Source: Giardia intestinalis (taxonomy: Eukaryota). From it: a stretch of 64,000 nt of DNA. Below the pieces are notes generated by a model. That model was not told the DNA's origin and made no database searches. It was given only the letters and a program-made list of their open reading frames with translations. The translations under genes and the position numbers were made by a program. Of this stretch, positions 30,632-39,636 are shown in pieces (position 1 is the stretch's first letter; every line of letters starts with the position of its first letter). The DNA lies in NCBI GenBank assembly GCA_000002435.2, contig CM018793.1; one strand, written 5' to 3'.

Positions 30632-31015
30632 ACACACTTGAACAGTAAGCGGCCACACCAATGAATCCTATTGGTAATGCTTGGGTGTAATCAGTGTGTG
30701 AGCGCTCATGCTAGTTATCCGCCCGCCCTCAGTATTGCTATGCACTTGTGGGATCGCTATGCTGATGAGAGTGGAGCATGCTTTGAGTCATAGAGGAGAC
30801 GCTCACCACGGTTTATAAGTAGCCCCAGGGGCGAGGGACCGACACCTGTTGGGGAGAAGCATGATTGAAGGCAGCCTAGCTGACATTAAGGATGGCGGAG
30901 CAACCCTGTCCACACCGTGCAAACGAGGGCCTGGATCCCGTTTTGGAACATAGAGTGACACTGTGGCGATTGGCAAGATCTGCAAATATAGGCAAAGTAA
31001 CTAGTCGAATCAGTT

Positions 31016-34000
31016 CTAATTTACTAGGCAAAGTTTGGGGACCTCTATTTCGTCATAGGTATCAGGGTCTGAGCACCCAACAATAAAGAAGATTTGACCT
31101 GGAGGATCGTTGACCAGCTCAGCCAGACGTTTGTCTAAGGCAACGGCCCCATTTCCAAATGAAGAGTACACCATGCGGGTATTGAAGATGATTGAATCAA
31201 CATCACCCTTGTAACGGTCACGGAAATAGTCAATAACGCCTTGAACTGTTACGGTTTTTGGCAACTCAATATGGTCCCACGGAGTGATCTTCTCTTTGGT
31301 GGTAGAGCACTCCACAAAGGTACACGGGCCTGGCTCTGAAAGCTGAAGACTAGGAAGAGCAAAGTTGAAAAACGCACTCTTGTAGTCAGCAAGTGGGTGC
31401 CTTGCACTAAGATCTGGATTGTTCCACAAAAGTACTTTATAGAACTCTATTCCCACAAGACCAACAACACTGGCTGTAGTGGTGACCATTGCAGGGATGA
31501 TGCTTCCCGAAAGCCGGCGGGCTTCCGCATAATCAATAGTCGGGATGTCATAATTCTCTGCTCTAAGGTTGGCCAAGGACGCAATGTACTGCACGTGTCC
31601 ATTTGTCAGGTCGTCCTTTTCAAAAACAAGGGCCCTAGGAGTCACGCCCCACGGTGACAGATGCTTTAAGAACTCTTGGTCAAACAGAGTATCGTCGGCA
31701 AGGAGCTGAGAGATAGTCTCTGGGTTATACGTGCAATTTAAGAAGTTAGAAATCTGCTTTGCAGCTACCTCCCTTGTTAGTATAACTGCTTTTGCAGGAG
31801 AAGCCGATGACGCTGCGAAGTATGCTGTCGCGATGGACATGATAGTCTCAGAGGAGATATCCACGTCATTCCCCAGAATAACCGTATAAAGACGGGCGGC
31901 CGTTGAAATGAAGTCATGATGAATTGGATTGTTTGCGTCATAAGTAAGCTTGTGCGGCGGACGCTTCTCCCCGCTCCAGAAGTTGTTGCCATCCTTATCT
32001 TTTGCGTTTACGGGGAAATCACTTAGGATCTTCTCTATTGTCAAAATAAAGTATTTTTCAAACAAGGCACAGGCCCAATTACACGCACGGTCTATAATGT
32101 TGACACAATGGGGCAGCTTCATACAAATGGTTTGCAATTGGAGAAGACGAGCCTCTATTGTATCTTTATTTTTGAGAAGGTTATCGACGAATGGCTGAAG
32201 CCCCTCAGTCTTCAATTTGGCAAAGTCTGCACAACCCTGCTCAAATACGCCCTTGAACTCTGAAGTGGCGTAAACTATGCAATGAACAATCGTATTGGGG
32301 AAGTTATGGATAGTGCAGGCAGGATCATCGCTGGTCTCTGGATCCCGTTGGCTGCCATACGTCTCGGTCAGCCACGGGACTATCACTTGCATATTTGCCT
32401 TTTGCCCTAGCGTTCCTGACTCCAGAAGAGCCGTGCGATAAAGGCAGCACCTTCCGTCAACGTACATCCTTGTCGGGACATTATCTAAGGCATTAACAAT
32501 AACGGTCTTACTTAGCCAGAACTCACTATTCAAAACATCCTCTGTCTCCTCCCCGACCCTGAGACAGCGTGCATTGATGTTTAGCTCCGGGTTCATGAGC
32601 TTCACATTGGCTGCCGCCACCTCTGCTTTCATTTTACCAATATCTTTCTCTCTGAACAGAAATTGGCGAGACAGATTAGAGTTTTCTATGTTATCTAGGT
32701 CTGTAAGCTCAAGCAATGATTGTGTATCGGTTGCTGCGCCGATAAGTGCAAACTGCTTGAGAAGCTCGCATCCTAGTGCACCTGCCCCTATGACAAAAAG
32801 TGATGCACGCGAAATTAAGTCCTGGAGCCGATTGCCAAAAAGCATGCGCTGGCCTTCATATCTATCTGCAGGTCGGAAAATGTCTTTAGATAAGTTAAAG
32901 CCCCCGTTGAGAGGGTGAAATGGAGAGTCTTTGGGTGGAAGTGCTTCGAAGCACTCATAATAATAGAACTGGTGGATAGGAGTGTACTTACCAGAAACAC
33001 ACTTAAGCGCTTCCTGAGCACCCCAGCCACCCATGAAAGAAACAAGTGGGGAAATCTGCCCGTTATACGTCATTAAGAATGTCTCTAAGAGAGATCTGTT
33101 ATCATTATTTGTCAGGTGTGGAAGGCACATCTCCAGCAGAGACCGTGAACCCTTGTACTCGATACAGAAGGCAATTAACCCATCGAGATTGGTGCGGGCC
33201 AACTCGCTATTCCAGACGGTCTCTGGAGCAAGCAGAGCCGATGCAGAAGTGTGCCCCACAGAGGCTGCCTCTGTAATCACACTGTAAATGGAATGCAATA
33301 CATCTGAACGGCCAAGTTTTGAAAAGTCAACCATAAGGTCGCTATACTGTGGGGTTCTGGCTGCCTCTGAGTAGGGTAAAAAGGGCATATCAAGTGGTTC
33401 CTTAACTCGTTTCACGTATCCACCTCGCAAATGAAGGGCCTCAAAGCCTTTCTGCTTAAGCTCCGAAAGGAAAGAGCAGATTGCTGCGCCAATAGATGAA
33501 TTGCATGGGACCGCTTCAAAGCGAGAATGCCCTGTGATACTTATGGTCCATATCTGCTGATTAACAAGCTTCTCAAGACGCTCCATAGAAACAGTAGGTT
33601 GTTGAGCTCCGCTTCCATCAACTGCGACGAATTTCAAATCTCGAATCAGGACTGTATAACCATCTGATAAGTCGTGGATCTTCGACGTAGAAAAGAAAAA
33701 GCGCCAGTCACGCATGCCATTGTTACATACATGAGAAGAGGTCGCCTCAATGATGCAGCTGCTCAATGTGATATCCTCACAACGCTCGCCATCAATGTCT
33801 AGGATAGTGTGGCGGGCAAGGAAGTCACAAAATAGGCGGCCAGATAGGCCGTTGGTCGTGCACATGATATAAGGTATCCCCTCTGCGTGGCACACGTCCC
33901 CAACGTGTCCAAGCGGAAGATTTGGGAGACAGCAGGTTTGGATGACAACTTTGGAGGGCTGAATGAGCTCCTTGACGGACGAAAAGGACGGATTGTCAAC

Positions 34001-34294
34001 CACCTCAACCGTGCAGAGCGGGTTCAGCTGCTGGATGTGTGACGCTATTGTCTTGTCTCTTGGAGCGCCTGACTCGGCATCTTCAAGACGAAGGAATGGG
34101 CTTGAGGAAAGGTCACGGTATGATGTTGACGTAGGGTCAAAAATCCTAATAGCGGAAACCCCTGTCAACGCCAGGTTTTTGGCAATCTCCTGGGCAAGGC
34201 CGTCTGCACCAATAATCAAAAACTCAGCCTGCTGCATCCTGTGCAGAGCGTCAGAACCAAAGACATACTCCGTGCGAGAATAGTCTCGATTCAT
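31016..34294 (-). CDS. UBA1: Ubiquitin-activating enzyme E1 (1092 aa).
   Basis: It has two ThiF/MoeB-type adenylation motifs (LIIGADGLAQEIAKNLALTGV... and LFVIGAGALGCELLKQFALIGA...LDNIENSNLSRQFLFREKDIGKMKAEVAAANVKLMNP). The catalytic-cysteine region PACTIHNFPNTIVHC is present. ATG start. Confidence 0.9.
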   Translation of the reverse strand: MNRDYSRTEYVFGSDALHRMQQAEFLIIGADGLAQEIAKNLALTGVSAIRIFDPTSTSYRDLSSSPFLRLEDAESGAPRDKTIASHIQQLNPLCTVEVVDNPSFSSVKELIQPSKVVIQTCCLPNLPLGHVGDVCHAEGIPYIMCTTNGLSGRLFCDFLARHTILDIDGERCEDITLSSCIIEATSSHVCNNGMRDWRFFFSTSKIHDLSDGYTVLIRDLKFVAVDGSGAQQPTVSMERLEKLVNQQIWTISITGHSRFEAVPCNSSIGAAICSFLSELKQKGFEALHLRGGYVKRVKEPLDMPFLPYSEAARTPQYSDLMVDFSKLGRSDVLHSIYSVITEAASVGHTSASALLAPETVWNSELARTNLDGLIAFCIEYKGSRSLLEMCLPHLTNNDNRSLLETFLMTYNGQISPLVSFMGGWGAQEALKCVSGKYTPIHQFYYYECFEALPPKDSPFHPLNGGFNLSKDIFRPADRYEGQRMLFGNRLQDLISRASLFVIGAGALGCELLKQFALIGAATDTQSLLELTDLDNIENSNLSRQFLFREKDIGKMKAEVAAANVKLMNPELNINARCLRVGEETEDVLNSEFWLSKTVIVNALDNVPTRMYVDGRCCLYRTALLESGTLGQKANMQVIVPWLTETYGSQRDPETSDDPACTIHNFPNTIVHCIVYATSEFKGVFEQGCADFAKLKTEGLQPFVDNLLKNKDTIEARLLQLQTICMKLPHCVNIIDRACNWACALFEKYFILTIEKILSDFPVNAKDKDGNNFWSGEKRPPHKLTYDANNPIHHDFISTAARLYTVILGNDVDISSETIMSIATAYFAASSASPAKAVILTREVAAKQISNFLNCTYNPETISQLLADDTLFDQEFLKHLSPWGVTPRALVFEKDDLTNGHVQYIASLANLRAENYDIPTIDYAEARRLSGSIIPAMVTTTASVVGLVGIEFYKVLLWNNPDLSARHPLADYKSAFFNFALPSLQLSEPGPCTFVECSTTKEKITPWDHIELPKTVTVQGVIDYFRDRYKGDVDSIIFNTRMVYSSFGNGAVALDKRLAELVNDPPGQIFFIVGCSDPDTYDEIEVPKLCLVN

Positions 34295-34532
34295 AATTTT
34301 TTAATCTACCATTTCAGATGACGTCTTCTACTGTCAGTACTGAAAAGGTCATCCTTATGGCGGTGCACAGGTAGCAGCAGGTCTGCCTCGTAGAGAGCTA
34401 AGTGGTTATTCTACATAGCAAGCATTCCTGACTTACGTACTCCTTCTAGCAAAGGCAGCTCTGATGACCTGGAGCTTACCAAGCAGTAAGATGAGTGGAG
34501 ACTTCGTAGCTGTAGTCACACATAATTTAAAA

Positions 34533-35900
34533 ATGAAGATCAGTTTGCACATTTATGACCTGTCGCAAGGGATTGCCAAGACCGTGAGCCCCATGCTGCT
34601 GGGGCAGACAATAGAAGCCGTTTATCACACTGGTGTCGTCGTGGCTGGAACGGAGTACTACTACGGTGCTGGTATCCAGTCTGAGCCAGCGGGGCAAACA
34701 CACTTCGGAGTGCCTCTTCAGCAGATGGAGATGGGCGAGACTACTAAGACACAGGACGAGATACGCGCCTTTTTGAACAGTGTCCAGTCCCGCTATACTG
34801 AGTCTGCTTACAATCTAATTGAACACAATTGTAACCATTTCAGCGATGAATTTCTGCAATTTCTCTGTGATAAGAAGGTTCCTGAGCACATCGTACATCA
34901 AGGTGCGGCGTTTTTGCAAACTCCTCTGGGACGTATGGTTGCCCCTATGCTCCAGAGCAGTGCCTTGGGCATCCCAGGTGCCTCTCTACCCAATCCTGGT
35001 TCTACCCGTATATCTCCAAGCCCTCCAACAAAAGCAGGCTCTATTACAATTGAGAAGCCCCTCTTTTTCGTCCCCAAAGAGTCCGATCTTGCAGCCTCTC
35101 AGGACTGCATTATCGCAAAATACGGAGAAAAGGGTCAGCTAAGTGAAGGATCTGCCTTTCAAGCAGAGTTTTCTCGGTTGACACGCGCAGTTCTTGATAA
35201 AGCTCCTTGTGATGTTTCTCTTGGAGTTGTGAAAAGTGTGTGTGATGAGCTTTCCCAGGAGCTGAATAGCTCCACCGCACAAGACGAGCGCTTCATAAGA
35301 GCAGCACTTGACTATCTCTCCTGCGTTTGCTTATCTTCTGACCAGTCATCTATAACAGATTCATGTGTGCCTTTGCACCTCTTGGAGCTCCAAGACACTC
35401 TTCCTGGCAGCGTCCTAGAGTCGCTGTACCGCTATATTCATAACTGGTTCGTCCAACTGAGAGGAATGCATGACTTCCGAAATAATGCTGATCGCTATCT
35501 GGACTTCTTCATCATTAAGCTCGTCAGGTCTTCAGATTCGATGCAGAGGCTTTATGGCTACAGACTGCTATACACGGTAAGCCGCATCTTTACGAAGAAA
35601 ATGGCCATTGATGCTCAAACGTCACTCTGCGAACTTTTGATAAATGCCATCTTAGATGCTACGGCAAAGGCCGCAGCAGAAGGGCCAGACCGCAAGCCTA
35701 ATGTTCAGATTGCTAACCTTGCGTCAGGCGCGCTAGGAAGGCTGGTGCTCACGGCAGATGATAAGGCCTCTCCAAATGGCTGGTACTCCACCGCCCAAAA
35801 GGCTCTCGCCAACGCGGGGCTTCTATCCCTGAGGGCCCCCTGCTGCACAGACCTCCACGAGTACTTGCACGCAGACGAAGGCGACGCAGACCTCTTCTAG
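34533..35900 (+). CDS. PPPDE/DeSI-type peptidase domain protein (DUF862) with a ~300-aa C-terminal extension.
   Basis: The N-terminal domain is MKISLHIYDLSQG...YHTGVVVAGTEYYYG...NLIEHNCNHFSDEFLQFL, carrying the conserved His and Cys of PPPDE. The track ORF starts at 34464. I prefer the ATG at 34533, which is preceded by 'cacataatttaaaaATG' and matches the N-termini of homologues. Confidence 0.78.
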   Translation: MKISLHIYDLSQGIAKTVSPMLLGQTIEAVYHTGVVVAGTEYYYGAGIQSEPAGQTHFGVPLQQMEMGETTKTQDEIRAFLNSVQSRYTESAYNLIEHNCNHFSDEFLQFLCDKKVPEHIVHQGAAFLQTPLGRMVAPMLQSSALGIPGASLPNPGSTRISPSPPTKAGSITIEKPLFFVPKESDLAASQDCIIAKYGEKGQLSEGSAFQAEFSRLTRAVLDKAPCDVSLGVVKSVCDELSQELNSSTAQDERFIRAALDYLSCVCLSSDQSSITDSCVPLHLLELQDTLPGSVLESLYRYIHNWFVQLRGMHDFRNNADRYLDFFIIKLVRSSDSMQRLYGYRLLYTVSRIFTKKMAIDAQTSLCELLINAILDATAKAAAEGPDRKPNVQIANLASGALGRLVLTADDKASPNGWYSTAQKALANAGLLSLRAPCCTDLHEYLHADEGDADLF

Positions 35901-35921
35901 TGTAAATGCAGTTCGAGGAAT

Positions 35922-35928
35922 GTTTACT
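35922..35928 (-). terminator. Polyadenylation signal AGTAAAC for the ribosomal protein S15 gene. It lies inside the 39-bp spacer shared with the convergent PPPDE gene; the PPPDE stop is followed by TGTAAAT at 35901-35907.
   Basis: Plus strand 35898-35942 is 'tagtgtaaatgcagttcgaggaatgtttactggtgggcgggacta'. The minus-strand reading gives AGTAAAC 12 nt after the S15 stop. Confidence 0.5.
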
Positions 35929-35939
35929 GGTGGGCGGGA

Positions 35940-36377
35940 CTAACGCAGCGGGACAAACTTCGACGAACGCGTGGCACCGATACCAACCTTTCCGTGAGAG
36001 ACAATCTTGTAAGACATCGAGTACTCGCGAAGGGCGCGTCCAACCATGGGCGGCTTGATCTCAACCGGGATAAACTGGCGTCCATTGTAGACGGAGACGG
36101 TCATCCCAATCATCTCTGGGAAGATGATCATGTCGCGGAGATGAGTCCTGACGATCTTCGGTTTCTGGGAGGGCTGTGCGGCGCGGCGGAGGCGCAACTT
36201 GTTCACAAAACGAAGGTGCTTCATAGAGAGCCCGTGCTTCCCTATGCGCCTCCTGCATCGCGCGTTAAGCTTGGGCAGAATGTCCGTGATCTTCATGGTG
36301 GCGAGCTTCTCCACCTCGACCCCTCGAAAGTTCGGCTGCGCAAGGCCCCTGCGACGCGTCTTAACCTGGTCTGTCAT
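35940..36377 (-). CDS. RPS15: 40S ribosomal protein S15 (uS19), 145 aa.
   Basis: MTDQVKTRRRGLAQPNFRGVEVEKL...KIVRTHLRDMIIFPEMIGMTVSVYNGRQFIPVEIKPPMVGRALREYSMSYKIVSHGKVGIGATRSSKFVPLR aligns along its length with eukaryotic S15. The track start at 36410 is a TTG. The first ATG is at 36377. Confidence 0.9.
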   Translation of the reverse strand: MTDQVKTRRRGLAQPNFRGVEVEKLATMKITDILPKLNARCRRRIGKHGLSMKHLRFVNKLRLRRAAQPSQKPKIVRTHLRDMIIFPEMIGMTVSVYNGRQFIPVEIKPPMVGRALREYSMSYKIVSHGKVGIGATRSSKFVPLR

Positions 36378-36437
36378 CGAGCCCTCCAGAAAAGAGATAC
36401 AGGAATTCAAATTAAATTGCTTTATTGTATAGAGGCC

Positions 36438-37664
36438 TCAGAAACCAAGGTCGGCAAAGGCCTGTTCTACGTCCGGACAAGCCTCTTCCATGGCAGCAGC
36501 GCATACAGAGGTGTCATTCTGCGCCTGCAGCTCCGGGTAACAGTATCCTAGGTCATCGTGGGAAGTCTCTTCAACATACTGCTTGTAACCCCAATCAAAC
36601 GAGGCCAGCAGGCCTTGGTACAACTCGTAGGCAAGCTTTGTACGATCAGAAGCATCCCCATTAAAGGTCAAGCACCGTTGCCACAAGGATTTCGCGTGCT
36701 CAGCGAAGATGCCCCGTGTTCTATAGAAGAAACTTCGGCACTTGTCTATCATGATCTGTAGGTCGTTGTGTACTATGTTTGGCGCCCACTCTGTTGCCGG
36801 AGGGGGCTCCAGAAAGGGGAGAGCATATGCCTTGCCTGCCTCGACGACAACAGCATACAATGCAGCGCTGTTACACCGCTGGATCTCTTCGCGGGTGCTT
36901 ATGCTTTCTTCAATGGTCTGATAAACCTCTTGCGGGTCTTTCTTTATAAGCTCTACAACTTGCCGGAACGAAGTGACATTCTTTACTAGATCTTCTACAG
37001 AAACGTATCCCTTGCCTTTTAGTGCCTCGGGAAATGCGCTAGGAGCCACACCTATCCGCTTCAGAGTCAGTTCTCGCTGTCGCCGGAGGCGTTGCATAAC
37101 CTTAGTATAATCAATGTTTCTATAAAGAGGGCATTGCACGAAGATTGCTTGGTCATAATGCTTAACTCTACCGTACCAGATGGCTTCCGGCATCGTGATG
37201 TTCTTTGAGAAACCTTGTTTATAAAAGTACTCCAGAGCAGCGTTGTCTGCATAGGTAACAATGTCCGTGTACCCACGCTTCTTTATATTCTCCTTGAGGT
37301 AATTCATAATGCAGTGCCCGAGGCCGGAGTACTGCCGCGTGATCGAAACCGCACAGAAGGCTATTTCTGCGATGCGCACGTCTGGAAACGTCCTGTAGCA
37401 TATGGCAGCGACCAGTGGTGACGTGCCGGGGTCGTGGGGATACTGTAGAAGGCATGCCGTTTCGTGGCTAGTGTTGAAGACGAGTCTGGTTATGTAGTCC
37501 CGAGGCATACGCGGCAGAGCAGTGCAGAAGAGCTCCTTGGCCATGAGGAGGTGCAGGAGCAGCTTGGGGTCGTGCGGGTCTATCGTGGGGTCATAGAGGT
37601 TAAGGCTCACTACTTTAAAATACAAGTCCCTCCGCTTCTGTGGGGAGGAAGCACCGTCTGACAT
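36438..37664 (-). CDS. GCN5: GCN5-family histone acetyltransferase (GNAT), 408 aa.
   Basis: HAT core IAFCAVSITRQYSGLGHCIMNYLKENIKKRGYTDIVTYADNAALEYFYKQGFSKNITMPEAIWYGRVKHYDQAIFVQCPLYRNIDYTKV matches the GCN5/PCAF catalytic domain. ATG at 37664. Confidence 0.85.
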   Translation of the reverse strand: MSDGASSPQKRRDLYFKVVSLNLYDPTIDPHDPKLLLHLLMAKELFCTALPRMPRDYITRLVFNTSHETACLLQYPHDPGTSPLVAAICYRTFPDVRIAEIAFCAVSITRQYSGLGHCIMNYLKENIKKRGYTDIVTYADNAALEYFYKQGFSKNITMPEAIWYGRVKHYDQAIFVQCPLYRNIDYTKVMQRLRRQRELTLKRIGVAPSAFPEALKGKGYVSVEDLVKNVTSFRQVVELIKKDPQEVYQTIEESISTREEIQRCNSAALYAVVVEAGKAYALPFLEPPPATEWAPNIVHNDLQIMIDKCRSFFYRTRGIFAEHAKSLWQRCLTFNGDASDRTKLAYELYQGLLASFDWGYKQYVEETSHDDLGYCYPELQAQNDTSVCAAAMEEACPDVEQAFADLGF

Positions 37665-37718
37665 GTTGTTTTTTGGTTAACTGGCAAAGGAGATCTGCAG
37701 GGCATATCTGGCCTTTAC

Positions 37719-38192
37719 TTAGATAGGGAAATACCTAACGCGCAACAGGGTAAGGCCTGCAGCGACTAAGGAAATAGCAATAAATACTGACATTCCCACT
37801 GGGATAGCTATGGCAATCTCCACCGACCCCGTCAGTTCAGCCAGCAGAAGAAGCAAGCCCAGGAAGAGCAAGATGCACACACCAAATTGGGGGAAGATTA
37901 TTCCTATCAAGGTAACAACCCACGGTCTACAATTGGGTATCCACTTCATTGGGCGTACTTTTCTGTACATGTGGATTAGGGTAACTGCGTCGGAGATAGT
38001 TCCTATTGCCATAACTCCTACTATTACGAACAAGCAGTATATGATCCCGTATCCAGAGAGTCCATGGTCAACGTTCTGCGATAGAACAATTGAGGTTACA
38101 CACAGAGTCACCAGTTCAAATAAACCCAAGTGCGTTGTCATTAGTTGCTTTTCGATCTTGTGAAGGCGTTGATAAATCCACTGTTCGTGCAT
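37719..38192 (-). CDS. Hypothetical 4-TM membrane protein (157 aa).
   Basis: ATG at 38192. Four hydrophobic segments (for example LVTLCVTSIVL, IIYCLFVIVGVMAIGTI, VVTLIGIIFPQFGVCILLFLGLLLLLA, IAIPVGMSVFIAISLVAAGLTLL). Confidence 0.55.
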   Translation of the reverse strand: MHEQWIYQRLHKIEKQLMTTHLGLFELVTLCVTSIVLSQNVDHGLSGYGIIYCLFVIVGVMAIGTISDAVTLIHMYRKVRPMKWIPNCRPWVVTLIGIIFPQFGVCILLFLGLLLLLAELTGSVEIAIAIPVGMSVFIAISLVAAGLTLLRVRYFPI

Positions 38193-38239
38193 GGTTATCG
38201 TACAAATTTAAGAGCATATGTTTACAGTGATGTTAGCCT

Positions 38240-39316
38240 TTAGCCTTGCTCGACAAAGATCGTTTCGCGTTCTAGGATAGCAATATCGTTTTCTAAATCG
38301 GCAAGCCTTTGCTCCAGCCACATCTTCCTGTTCTGCTGCCCAAAGGTTTCCTGAACCACTTTGAGCTGCGTGGTATACTCTTCGTTCAGCAACTTCCAGT
38401 TCGCCTTGATGCCTGCTAAAAGCTGCTCCTTCTCGACTGGATCGAGCATATAAGCCATCTTTTGTACCCCGCCCTTGTACCTCTCCTCTATCTTTTGGAT
38501 TGTTTCCTGCTCTGCAGCAACCTGCTTCTTAATTTTAGCCAGGTACTTTGGCGTCTGACCATACCCTTCTTTCTCTGTCCAGTCCATGTCGGCTTTATCA
38601 GTTGGAGGGGGCACCATTACGGTTGCGTTAATAATATTGGCCCTTACGAAGTTCTTGTTGGACCGCAACCCAGTTATTGGTACTGATTGTCCATCTGGCG
38701 CTATCGCTCTTTCGTTCTTCGTGTACTTGTCATTCACCTTGGGCTCAAGTGGCCCCTCGCATGAGTCCATACATCCCCTTCTACCGCATGTATCCGGTCC
38801 CACGTCGCCAGCACTGCATGTGCCCCCCACCAAGCAGTGGCACGGAGAGTCTCCTGTACACTGACAAGCACCCCCGTTCTGACAATTGCAATTGCCTCCA
38901 CACTCACAGCTGTGGCCGTGAGCGTTTGCTGGGCTTGCATCGTTGGCCCCATCATTTATGTTGTCTATAGACGAAGTGGGGCCAGCTCCTATACGCCCAG
39001 CTTTATAGTAGTGTTGACGATAGACAGCGGGTTTGCGGGGAAGAGGGTCGTGCTCGTCGTAATCCCAACGCTTTGGTTGAGGAAGCGGAGGATTACCCGA
39101 TCCCTTTTTAAGCCAATTAGTATGGTCTGCTGGGTTAACCTTCGCAGGACCCAGGGTTTTATGCATATGCTTCGGGACTGTGCAGTATTCCTTTGGAAAT
39201 CCAGACTGATAGAGGCGTTTCTTAGGCATAGCCGCGCACGCATCAGCGGCTGAAGGCATGTACGCCTCTATTTCCAAGCGCTGGTCTGTGTTCGCTAGGT
39301 TATAGATGGACTCCAT
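38240..39316 (-). CDS. Enkurin-domain protein with an internal Cys/Gly-rich metallothionein-like insert.
   Basis: The C-terminal ~100 aa (GYGQTPKYLAKIKKQVAAEQETIQKIEERYKGG...MLDPVEKEQLLAGIKANWKLLNEEYTTQLKVVQETFGQQNRKMWLEQRLADLENDIAILER) fit the enkurin domain. The central insert is GHSCECGGNCNCQNGGACQCTGDSPCHCLVGGTCSAGDVGPDTCGRRGCMDSCEG. The track ORF extends to 39481 and overlaps the BolA gene. I prefer the ATG at 39316, preceded by 'ctcaaaattcaaaaaATGGAG'. Confidence 0.62.
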   Translation of the reverse strand: MESIYNLANTDQRLEIEAYMPSAADACAAMPKKRLYQSGFPKEYCTVPKHMHKTLGPAKVNPADHTNWLKKGSGNPPLPQPKRWDYDEHDPLPRKPAVYRQHYYKAGRIGAGPTSSIDNINDGANDASPANAHGHSCECGGNCNCQNGGACQCTGDSPCHCLVGGTCSAGDVGPDTCGRRGCMDSCEGPLEPKVNDKYTKNERAIAPDGQSVPITGLRSNKNFVRANIINATVMVPPPTDKADMDWTEKEGYGQTPKYLAKIKKQVAAEQETIQKIEERYKGGVQKMAYMLDPVEKEQLLAGIKANWKLLNEEYTTQLKVVQETFGQQNRKMWLEQRLADLENDIAILERETIFVEQG

Positions 39317-39343
39317 TTTTTGAATTTTGAGGCGCGAAATAAA
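39317..39343. promoter_or_regulatory. A 27-bp AT-rich bidirectional promoter or initiator region between the divergent enkurin-domain and BolA start codons.
   Basis: Plus strand 39311-39346 is 'ctcCATtttttgaattttgaggcgcgaaataaaATG'. The first triplet is the reverse-complement ATG of the minus-strand gene and the last is the ATG of the plus-strand gene. Confidence 0.5.
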
Positions 39344-39619
39344 ATGTCTCTGTCTGCTGTGGAGAAGCACAACACGACCCTTAGCACCATTCGGGAGCGT
39401 CTGAAAAACGTTTTTCCAGACGCCAAACTTATCAAAGTTATCGACAATACGCCCCCGCAAAGTGTTGGTAAGGGAGCTCATGTCACTTTACAGATCAGCT
39501 CTCCCGACTTCAAAGGCCTGACTCTTATTCGACGCCATAGACTGGTTAGTGCGGTAGTTGATGATCTCGTTGAGTCTAATAGAATTCATGCGATATCTTA
39601 CCTGCTTGAGGATAAATGA
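39344..39619 (+). CDS. BolA-like protein (91 aa).
   Basis: MSLSAVEKHNTTLSTIRERLKNVFPDAKLIKVIDNTP...GAHVTLQISSPDFKGLTLIRRHRLVSAVVDDLVESNRIHAISYLLE fits the BolA pattern (...F.G.....RHRLV...L......IHA.S...). The track start at 39320 is a TTG. The first ATG is at 39344, behind 'gaaataaaATG'. Confidence 0.7.
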   Translation: MSLSAVEKHNTTLSTIRERLKNVFPDAKLIKVIDNTPPQSVGKGAHVTLQISSPDFKGLTLIRRHRLVSAVVDDLVESNRIHAISYLLEDK

Positions 39620-39636
39620 CGGAAGCTACAATGCTT

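Noticed and set aside
29694..30656. A 320-aa minus-strand ORF inside the VSP-like gene, and similar antisense ORFs inside the two VSPs (20096..20695 +, 21589..22317 +, 21638..22180 +).
   Set aside because: They are antisense to clearly coding Cys-rich VSP sequence. They exist because the TGY-rich sense strand gives an RCA-rich antisense with few stops.
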